DNA of 64,000 nucleotides, from assembly GCA_050290185.1 (NCBI GenBank), contig JBNKHE010000006.1, positions 217,508 to 281,507 on the forward strand, read 5' to 3'. This DNA is from Pontiella sp. GTDB taxonomy: Bacteria; Verrucomicrobiota; Kiritimatiellia; Kiritimatiellales; Pontiellaceae. How positions within the stretch are numbered: the first letter of the stretch is position 1; each line of letters opens with the position of its first letter. Positions 9,931 to 17,029 of this stretch are shown here, one piece after another. Under the pieces are notes generated by a model. It was given only the letters and a program-made list of their open reading frames with translations, made no database searches and was not told where the DNA came from. A program made the translations under genes and the position numbers.

Positions 9931-11712
9931 ATGAAGATTCTACTGATCACACCTCCGTTGCTTCAACCCAACACGCCTTATGCCGCCACGCCGCTGCTCA
10001 CGGCGTGGCTGCGGAATAACGGACATGATGCGGTTCAGGCTGATCTTTCGCTGGAACTGTTGCTTAAACTTTTTTCCAGGGAGGGGGTGGCGGCGCTCTG
10101 CCGAACGCTGGAAGCGTACCCGGAGGCGGAGGCTTTTCTGGAAGCAGAGCCGGATTATCTTGAGACCATTGATGAGGTGATGGCCTTTTTGCAGGATCAA
10201 AATCCGGCGGCTTCCAAACAGATTGCGCGGCGCGGCTGGCTTCCTGAAGGCCCGCATCTCTACCATGCCTACGAGCAGGAGGAGCAGTTCGGATGGGACT
10301 TTCGCGGCCTCGACGAGGCGGATCGCGCACGGCATCTGGCCAGTTTGTATCTCGACGACCTCGCCGAAGCCGCCAAACTGGCCGATCCGAATTTTGGTTT
10401 TTCCCGCTATGCGGAAAAGCTCGGCGCCAGCCTTCCCCGGTTCGGAAAACTACAGGAAACGCTGGAGGCGCCCCCGTCCCTGTTTTCTTCTTGGCTGGTC
10501 GATCTGACAGACAGGCAACTGCAAAAACATGCGCCGGACATGGTGGCTCTGACGGTTCCATTTCCGGGATGTCTCTTAGGGGCGCTAACCATTGCCCGCC
10601 GAATCAAACAAACCGTTCCCGATATGCACGTCACCATCGGCGGCGGTTATGTGAATACGGAGCTACCCGAACTGCGCGATCCCTCCATTTTCGATTATGT
10701 CGATTCCATCACCCTCGATAGCGGCATGCTTCCGTTGCTGCAGCTGGCCAATCAAGCCACACCCATCCGAACCTTTGTCCGCGAGGGCGGAGCGGTTCGG
10801 TATTATGAAGACGCCGCAACACCCATTGCCCACAACGCCTTGCCCGCCCCCGTATATGACGGTCTTGAGCTGAACCGCTATTTCGGCCTCTTTGAAATGC
10901 TCAATCCGGTTACACGGCTCTGGTCGGACGGGCGCTGGAACAAGCTTATGCTGGCGCACGGCTGCTGCTGGCGCCGCTGTGAATTCTGCGATACGTCGAT
11001 CGATTATATCCGCCGCTACGACCCCGCCGAACCGTCCGTGATCTGCGACTGGATCGAAGCCATGATTGCGCAGAGCGGTTTTAACGGATTCCATTTTGTG
11101 GATGAATCCCTGCCGCACGATCTACTGGACGGATTATGCGATGAAATCCTGCGCCGCGGGCTGGAGATTGAGTGGTGGGGCAACATTCGTTTTGAAAACC
11201 GCTTTTCAAATGCGCTGATTCAAAAAATGGCCGCCTCAGGCTGTATTGCCGTAACCGGCGGCTTGGAAACCTGCAACGACCGGACCTTAAAGCTGATGCG
11301 CAAAGGTATTACGGTAAACGGCGCAACTCAGGTGCTTGAAAATCTGGCCGATGCGGGAATCCTGACCCACGCCTACCTGATGTATGGGTTTCCAACCCAG
11401 ACCGAACAGGAAACGCTTCAGGCGCTGGAAACCATTCGCCGCCTGTTTGATGAAGGCATCCTGCACTCCGCCTTCTGGCACTGTTTTGCCCTGACCGCAC
11501 ACAGCCCGATCGCATGTGATCCCGAGAAATATTCCATCGCGCTGAAAGAGCCGCCGCCTGCCGACTTTGCCCGCAATGAAATTCCGTTCGATGGACACTT
11601 CGACCACGATCCAAAAATTATCGGCGAGGCCCTGCGCGTTGCCACCTACAACTATATGCACGGCATTGGCTTCGACCGCCCCGTTGATCAGTGGTTGGAC
11701 GCTAACCCCTGA
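9931..11712 (+). CDS. B12-binding-domain radical SAM protein
   Basis: NTPYAATPLL, IGGGYVNT, CCWRRCEFCD (CxxxCxxC) and FHFVDE motifs. Confidence 0.9.
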   Translation: MKILLITPPLLQPNTPYAATPLLTAWLRNNGHDAVQADLSLELLLKLFSREGVAALCRTLEAYPEAEAFLEAEPDYLETIDEVMAFLQDQNPAASKQIARRGWLPEGPHLYHAYEQEEQFGWDFRGLDEADRARHLASLYLDDLAEAAKLADPNFGFSRYAEKLGASLPRFGKLQETLEAPPSLFSSWLVDLTDRQLQKHAPDMVALTVPFPGCLLGALTIARRIKQTVPDMHVTIGGGYVNTELPELRDPSIFDYVDSITLDSGMLPLLQLANQATPIRTFVREGGAVRYYEDAATPIAHNALPAPVYDGLELNRYFGLFEMLNPVTRLWSDGRWNKLMLAHGCCWRRCEFCDTSIDYIRRYDPAEPSVICDWIEAMIAQSGFNGFHFVDESLPHDLLDGLCDEILRRGLEIEWWGNIRFENRFSNALIQKMAASGCIAVTGGLETCNDRTLKLMRKGITVNGATQVLENLADAGILTHAYLMYGFPTQTEQETLQALETIRRLFDEGILHSAFWHCFALTAHSPIACDPEKYSIALKEPPPADFARNEIPFDGHFDHDPKIIGEALRVATYNYMHGIGFDRPVDQWLDANP

Positions 11713-13288
11713 GAATAAACTGCTCGGCGGCCTTCATTCCGTCGAGCGCGGAACTGACGATTCCGCCGGCATAGCCCGAACCCTCACCGCACGGATACAA
11801 TCCCTTGGCGGAGCAGGATTCGCCGTTTGGATCGCGCAGCATCCGGACCGGGGCCGAACTGCGGGTTTCGGCGGCATAGAGTGTCGCCTCCTCCAGCCGG
11901 GTGTCGTTCAGCTCGCGCAACATCCTGGGGATAGCCGACTGCAGCGTTTCGGAAACAAAGTCCGGTAGCATATTCTGAAGCAGCGCCGGAACCGCTCGGG
12001 TACAGGAACGTTCCCCGGGAAGGTCGCCGACGCTTCCTTCCAGAAAATCAATGAGCCGTGCAGCGGGCACTCCGTAATCGGAACCACCCGCTTCAAAGGC
12101 CGCGCGTTCCATCTTTTTCTGGAACTCGACTCCCGCCAGTGCAGGATTTCCCGCTTCATGCCCAAAATCCGCCATATCCACCGGAACCAGAAAGGCCGCA
12201 TTGCCAAACGGCTTGTCTCGCGCCGATAGACTCATCCCGTTGGTGGTCAACATTCCTTCCGAAGAGGCGCAGGAAATAACCAGGCCACCGGGACACATAC
12301 AGAAGCTGTAGCAGCGGCGGGCATTCCCCTCTTCCTTCCGGGTCAACCGGAAACTGGCGCTACCAAGGTTCGGAAGCTTTGCCCAGCGGCCATACTGTGC
12401 CGTATCAATCCGGTGCTGCGGAATTTCGAGCCGTACGCCAACCGCGAAAGGCTTGGCTTCGATCGCTACATTGCTTTCGGCCAGCATGGAATAGATGTCG
12501 CGCGCACTATGGCCTGTCGCGAGGAAGCAGGCATCGGTGCGGATTTCCTTGCCGGAAACCACCACCCCTCTCAGTGCGCCGTTTTCAATCTGGATCTTCT
12601 CCAGTCTGGAATTAAACGCACAAGCTCCGCCCAATTCCCAGATCCGGTTGCGGACGGCGGGAATAATCTGCGTCAAATCGTCGCTTCCGATATGCGGGGC
12701 GGAATCAATCAGGATGTCGGGAGACGCACCGCAGGCGACCAGTGTTTCAAAAAAGCGGCGGATGCGGGCGCGGTCTTTTGAGCGCGCCGTCAGCTTCCCG
12801 TCGGAAAAGAGCCCTGCACCACCCTCGCCATAAAGGACGTTGCTTTCCGTATTGAGCTCCCCGCTTTTCCAGAATGCTTCAACCTGCTCCGAGCGAGCAT
12901 CAGTTTCCGCACCACGCTCAATCAGCAAGGGTTTATACCCCGCCTCCGCCAGCGTCAGCGCCGCCATCAGCCCGGCCGGCCCGGCACCGATCACAACCGG
13001 CGGATGTTCGCCCTTAACATGGTCCGGGAAAACGAGTGCAGGCTCCGGCTTCGGGGTCTTTTCAATCTGATTGGGTTGCAAGCGCGGCGGTTTACCCCGG
13101 TAGTCGACGTCCACCGAAAGAATGTAGCGCGGCTCTTGATCCTTTTTTCGGGCGTCCAGCGAACGTCGGATAATTTCAAGGTTATCAAGCTGCTCTTTTC
13201 CGCATCGAAGCTTCCGGCAGATCGCCTTAAGCACATCGCTCTCGCCGTAGGCCAGTCGCACAGATAGTTGGTTGATTCGTAGTTTCAC
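11702..13288 (-). CDS. NAD(P)/FAD-dependent oxidoreductase (COG2509-like)
   Basis: VIGAGPAG, GEGGAGLFSDGKL, YSFCMCPGG and GEGSGYAGGIVSSA motifs. Confidence 0.9.
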   Translation of the reverse strand: MKLRINQLSVRLAYGESDVLKAICRKLRCGKEQLDNLEIIRRSLDARKKDQEPRYILSVDVDYRGKPPRLQPNQIEKTPKPEPALVFPDHVKGEHPPVVIGAGPAGLMAALTLAEAGYKPLLIERGAETDARSEQVEAFWKSGELNTESNVLYGEGGAGLFSDGKLTARSKDRARIRRFFETLVACGASPDILIDSAPHIGSDDLTQIIPAVRNRIWELGGACAFNSRLEKIQIENGALRGVVVSGKEIRTDACFLATGHSARDIYSMLAESNVAIEAKPFAVGVRLEIPQHRIDTAQYGRWAKLPNLGSASFRLTRKEEGNARRCYSFCMCPGGLVISCASSEGMLTTNGMSLSARDKPFGNAAFLVPVDMADFGHEAGNPALAGVEFQKKMERAAFEAGGSDYGVPAARLIDFLEGSVGDLPGERSCTRAVPALLQNMLPDFVSETLQSAIPRMLRELNDTRLEEATLYAAETRSSAPVRMLRDPNGESCSAKGLYPCGEGSGYAGGIVSSALDGMKAAEQFILRG

Positions 13289-13361
13289 GCCGATCCCTTA
13301 AATAATTTTCAGCAATCTATTCTCAAAATTTCAGCCGTGCAAGACGGGACGGGTTAATACA

Positions 13362-13397
13362 GAAAGGCCCCTTTGTGGACAAGGATGCGGGGCTTTC
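13362..13397 (-). terminator. Terminator-like hairpin after leuS-tail copy 3, homologous to the true leuS terminator
   Basis: GAAAGGCCCC...GGGGCTTTC; shares the CGGGGCTTT arm with 16993-17001. Confidence 0.6.
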
Positions 13398-13417
13398 GAG
13401 TTCTTGAGGTGGTTCGA

Positions 13418-13435
13418 CTACGAAAGCGCGATGTT
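13418..13435 (-). repeat. leuS 3'-tail copy 3 (truncated)
   Basis: NIALS* followed by TCGAAC, the same six bases that follow the true leuS stop. Confidence 0.75.
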
Positions 13436-13482
13436 GCCAGGTTCGATAGCGCAGGGTAATAGCAAAATCATTATTTGGCACT

Positions 13483-13525
13483 TCGTTGCCCCGCATGCGC
13501 GGAGCCTCTTTCGCCCTACAGGCTC
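13483..13525. repeat. REP-like hairpin element
   Basis: Minus strand GTAGGGCGAAAGAGGCTCCGCGCATGCGGGGCAACGA; 23/25 identical to 63224-63248. Confidence 0.7.
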
Positions 13526-13554
13526 AGGTCATAGGACCGATCCCTGCCCGCTTA

Positions 13555-14607
13555 TTAAATCTCCTGTGAGGGTTTGCCGAAGTCCTTGATCGTCGCTTCA
13601 AGCGGTGTGCCACTGTATTTCTTCAGAAGTCTGGCGGCATCTCTTTCCTGACTAGAAGTGCAAGGGTTGTTGCGATAGTCCATGACATCGGTGTTGAAGT
13701 ACTCGTCGGCAAAATCTTCCATATCATCCAGCCCATCGATATAGGTTTTTACCTTCGGATCCATCTTGAGCTTGGCGAGAAGTTCTTTTGCCTGTGCGGC
13801 GTGTGGCGCCTTTCTAACCTCCGCAAGCACCGATGCGTTTTCATAGGCAAAGTAGGGATCGGTTTCATATTTGGCCTCGATTTCGCCGAAGAGCATTTCG
13901 GAAAATTCGTCTAGCTCGGCTTTACTGCCCTTCTTTGCGAGGTATTTCCCATTCAGCCAGGTAATGGCATCAAAAATCAGGTCTTCGCCGGCCCAGACGT
14001 GTCCGCCTGGGAAATAGCGAAGACGACCGTCCTTTTTAATGCGCTTTTGGAATGTGATGGTCATGTCCCAGCGGTTGAAGCAATAGCCTCCGCACAGCCC
14101 GTAGGCCAGCGCATCGTTTTGATAGTTATTCCCAGAATCTCCGGCCCCGCATGGAATAATTCCGATGATGTTGCTCTTCATCTTATTCGCCAACCAGAAA
14201 GCCTCGCGGCCACCGCCGGAAAAGCCGGAGGCGTAGCAACGTTTTTCATTCACATGAAAGTGGTCAAATACATCCTCGACCATGGCTTTGATGGCTTGTT
14301 GCGATTTATCGTTGCGGTTGCTCGACTCCCTGGACATTACCAGAATCCAGTTGTTCTTCTCTGCGCCGCGAACATAGCGCTGAATTCCGCTACCTTTCCC
14401 GCCGCCCGGATGCATGACGAAGAGAACCGGATATTTATCAGCTCGGTTGGTGTCATAGCTGGTCGGGAGGTATAGAAGGTAGGAGAAGTCCCGATCGTCC
14501 TCGCACTTGATCCCCTCAATAATCTGACCGGTCTTGTGTTCCTGGGCAAACAGTGAAGATGAAAGAGCAATAAGCAGAGCGGATGCGGCAAGACATTTTT
14601 TAATCAT
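13555..14607 (-). CDS. Secreted esterase / alpha-beta hydrolase
   Basis: Signal peptide MIKKCLAAS; YLLYLPTSY, SGFSGGG and FPGGHVW motifs. Confidence 0.85.
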   Translation of the reverse strand: MIKKCLAASALLIALSSSLFAQEHKTGQIIEGIKCEDDRDFSYLLYLPTSYDTNRADKYPVLFVMHPGGGKGSGIQRYVRGAEKNNWILVMSRESSNRNDKSQQAIKAMVEDVFDHFHVNEKRCYASGFSGGGREAFWLANKMKSNIIGIIPCGAGDSGNNYQNDALAYGLCGGYCFNRWDMTITFQKRIKKDGRLRYFPGGHVWAGEDLIFDAITWLNGKYLAKKGSKAELDEFSEMLFGEIEAKYETDPYFAYENASVLAEVRKAPHAAQAKELLAKLKMDPKVKTYIDGLDDMEDFADEYFNTDVMDYRNNPCTSSQERDAARLLKKYSGTPLEATIKDFGKPSQEI

Positions 14608-14726
14608 AACTTTTCCTTCGGCATAAGATTGGTTAATCCCTGAAAAGACAATGACACTCCTAAGGAGGAGGACGCAAATCAAAAGCGATACCTCTCCGCC
14701 AGCAAGATGTAACCGAGATCCCCGAT

Positions 14727-14780
14727 CACCAGCCGCCCGGGGACGACGATGACTTTGCGGATGGTTTTTCCTTCGAGTCA
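14727..14780 (-). repeat. leuS 3'-tail copy 2 (3'-truncated)
   Basis: Translates [17 protein letters not shown], with TGA at the Trp position; begins 10 bp after the stop of 14791..15522. Confidence 0.95.
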
Positions 14781-14790
14781 GAGATGTATG

Positions 14791-15522
14791 TTAAACCTCG
14801 ACTACGCCCTTGCAATCGGGATAGGCGGAACAGCCCCAGAATGAGTTGCCGGCGTTCTGGCCGGAACGGGCCGTGCGGAGCACCATCGGCTTGTTGCATT
14901 TCGGGCAGGCGGGAACCGGGTCGTTCGTCTTTTGTTTCTGGCGCTCCTTCAAGCGTTCGGCGGCTAGCAACTCGCTATAACCGCCCTCGGAAACAAACTG
15001 CTCCTCCAACGCCGCGATCTGCTGATCGAGTAGAAAGTTGGTCTGGTGGATCAGGCAGATCAGCGCGTTGGCCCGAACCGCCGGGTTTTCATGCTCCAGC
15101 CATTCGGCATAGAGCATGGAGCGCTCCTGATCCGTCAAATCAGCCAGATTGGACCGATCCTCCCGATCTTTCTTGAACTTCCTCGGCACATTCCGCACCG
15201 CAAGAGCTTCCGCCGAGTTCAGCTCCCACATTTCCAGCCGCCGATGCCGCAGGAAATCCTCGTAGTCGAGCAGGAGTTCTTCAAGGCTGGCCCGCGCAAC
15301 ATTCACCAGCCGCAGTTCCGTCTGGCTGGAGGTGGCGGAAGCCCGGCTTCCCTCCGCAATGTTCTGCCGCCCGCTCCGCGCGGCCTGCACCATCTGGTCG
15401 ATGGTTCGCGAACGGGAATCGACAAACTTTTCACAGAACCAAACCGTGGCATCATAGATGATCGTCGCCGTCTGGAACGTCGCCAACTTCCGGTATCCCC
15501 CGCTCTTCCGTATTTTTCCCAT
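14791..15522 (-). CDS. Four-helix-bundle (23S rRNA IVP-like) protein with suffix domain and topoisomerase-type C4 zinc finger
   Basis: DQMVQAARSGRQNIAEGS, ARASLEELLLDYEDFLR, GGYSELL and CPKC...FWGCSAYPDC motifs. Confidence 0.9.
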   Translation of the reverse strand: MGKIRKSGGYRKLATFQTATIIYDATVWFCEKFVDSRSRTIDQMVQAARSGRQNIAEGSRASATSSQTELRLVNVARASLEELLLDYEDFLRHRRLEMWELNSAEALAVRNVPRKFKKDREDRSNLADLTDQERSMLYAEWLEHENPAVRANALICLIHQTNFLLDQQIAALEEQFVSEGGYSELLAAERLKERQKQKTNDPVPACPKCNKPMVLRTARSGQNAGNSFWGCSAYPDCKGVVEV

Positions 15523-15597
15523 GCCTTCCTCCAGTAATTCGTCCGATTTGTCAGATCCGACTGATTACCAGAGAAAGATATTCTTTAAAAGAACGGT

Positions 15598-15663
15598 CTA
15601 CGAAACCGCAATATTCACCAACCGGCCGGGGACGACGATGACTTTGCGGATGGTTTTGCCTTC
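15598..15663 (-). repeat. leuS 3'-tail copy 1
   Basis: Translates [21 protein letters not shown] (TAG). Confidence 0.97.
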
Positions 15664-15709
15664 CGAGTGAGAACTCGTTGCCGCGACCAACTCAGCTCAT
15701 GAGCGAGCT
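15664..15709. repeat. Conserved cassette-end motif (copy A) with hairpin
   Basis: CGAGTGAGAACTCGTTGCCGCGACCAACTCAGCTCATGAGCGAGCT; homologous to 9801-9847. Confidence 0.85.
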
Positions 15710-15781
15710 AGGACTAGTCTTTTTTTCAGAAGCGAAGTCTGAAAACATTATTTCATAGGATCGCCCCCGGTTCGGCGGCGG

Positions 15782-15811
15782 AAAAAAGGAGCCGAGACAA
15801 CACTCGGCTCC
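15782..15811 (-). terminator. Rho-independent terminator of the DUF2188 unit
   Basis: Minus strand GGAGCCGAG-tgttgt-CTCGGCTCC-TTTTTT. Confidence 0.8.
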
Positions 15812-15824
15812 GCGCTTCATAATC

Positions 15825-16046
15825 CTATCCCTTGGGAGGATAGGGATCTTTTCGGTAGGTTCGTTCTTCCCGAATTCTACCATCAGGACGGTGAACAAAC
15901 ACCTGACCTTTCCGCGGTATCGCGAGATCACGCGCCTGATCAAGTGCTTCGGATTGAGTTCCTGCGACTGAAGAACAGCGTGATGCGCCTTCGCGCTTAA
16001 CACCCCATTGATCACCGTTTTTCACTACATGATACTTTTCTTTCAT
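15825..16046 (-). CDS. DUF2188-family protein
   Basis: YHVV...WGVKREGA.R.S....TQ.EA...AR...VHRPDGRIREERTY..DPYPPKG pattern; AAGGAG RBS. Confidence 0.9.
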   Translation of the reverse strand: MKEKYHVVKNGDQWGVKREGASRCSSVAGTQSEALDQARDLAIPRKGQVFVHRPDGRIREERTYRKDPYPPKG

Positions 16047-16105
16047 TATCTAGCTCCTTGTTAGTTTAGAGCTGGGAGGAGGCTTCCTCCTCCCAGCAGT
16101 TTGCC

Positions 16106-16210
16106 TTATACGTAGAAGCAGAACGGTTTCCCGTCGCGTCTGTACACTCGGCGCTTAGTGATGTAGTGCACGAAATATTTGCAATACACCTTGCGTCGTG
16201 GTTTGCCCAT
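16106..16210 (-). CDS. 34-aa basic/aromatic small protein (below the ORF-track cutoff)
   Basis: MGKPRRKVYCKYFVHYITKRRVYRRDGKPFCFYV* with a perfect AAGGAGG RBS 6 nt upstream. Confidence 0.75.
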   Translation of the reverse strand: MGKPRRKVYCKYFVHYITKRRVYRRDGKPFCFYV

Positions 16211-16251
16211 TTCGGGCCTCCTTACGGCATTGCCGCTTAAGAGTTTCCTTC

Positions 16252-16388
16252 TTGACGCATTAGGCAGGAGCTGAGATAAACAAGCTTTGAAACGGAGCTA
16301 CTGCCTAGTGCATCGGCTCTTGTCATCGGTACTGGTAATACCTATGACACCGACAGCTGTTAACCCTCGAGGTTAGCAGCTTTTTTTA
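16252..16388 (+). ncRNA. Candidate ~100-nt antisense RNA with its own promoter and terminator
   Basis: TTGACG-17 bp-GATAAA (16252-16280); hairpin TGTCATCGGTA...TACCTATGACA; terminator GCTGTTAACC...GGTTAGCAGC-TTTTTTT. Confidence 0.5.
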
Positions 16389-16835
16389 TACTTCGTCATG
16401 CATAGCATCCTCCCTTTCATTATCTTCATTCGAATCAGCATCTAAACGCACGATGACAATCATCTTTTCGGCATAGACCTCTGGATCGTATGAAATTGTT
16501 TTTTTTGAATAGTTTATTCCACAATAATCGAGGAAAGCCTTTGCCGCTACATGAGCCGTTAGATTGTCAGTATCGTTAGGGTTAGAAGGCCGTAATTGTA
16601 GCTTTGCAACGTCCTCTATTTTTTCTTGGGTAAATCCCAAAGCGATTGCATTGCGGTTACGATCATAATAAAGCTCCACGAACCAGTCCCCGTCTTTTAT
16701 CCCAAGGCGTTTCAGTAATCCTTGCGATAAGCCTATATGGCCTTGTTTTCGAATACTAACCTTCGATACGTAGCTTCCTTTAACATTTCTGAATCGCTCG
16801 AATTCGAACCCCTCAATTGTTCTTCTCGTTCTCAT
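16386..16835 (-). CDS. Hypothetical protein (mobile-element-type, AT-rich)
   Basis: ORF with FERF...KVSIRKQGHIGLSQG...LYYDR; start taken at MRTRRT. Confidence 0.75.
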   Translation of the reverse strand: MRTRRTIEGFEFERFRNVKGSYVSKVSIRKQGHIGLSQGLLKRLGIKDGDWFVELYYDRNRNAIALGFTQEKIEDVAKLQLRPSNPNDTDNLTAHVAAKAFLDYCGINYSKKTISYDPEVYAEKMIVIVRLDADSNEDNEREDAMHDEV

Positions 16836-16910
16836 ACCAGCACCTGAACAAATTCTTTTATCCGTGTCAATTAACAAATTGTGCCTTTCTGCGACCACCA
16901 AGCGGCTTGC

Positions 16911-16928
16911 ACCACAATATATTGTGGT
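16911..16928. promoter_or_regulatory. Perfect 18-bp palindrome matching the NrdR-box consensus
   Basis: ACCACAATATATTGTGGT versus acaCwAtATaTwGtgt. Confidence 0.6.
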
Positions 16929-16973
16929 TATTCCATGTTTTTAAATTAACCAGATGTTCTATGAGATGTTTAT

Positions 16974-17002
16974 AAAAAAAGCCCCGAAAATACGGGGCTT
17001 TT
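16974..17002 (-). terminator. leuS terminator
   Basis: Minus strand AAAAGCCCCG-tatttt-CGGGGCTTTTTTT. Confidence 0.85.
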
Positions 17003-17029
17003 GTGCATTAGACATATGATTGAGTTCGA

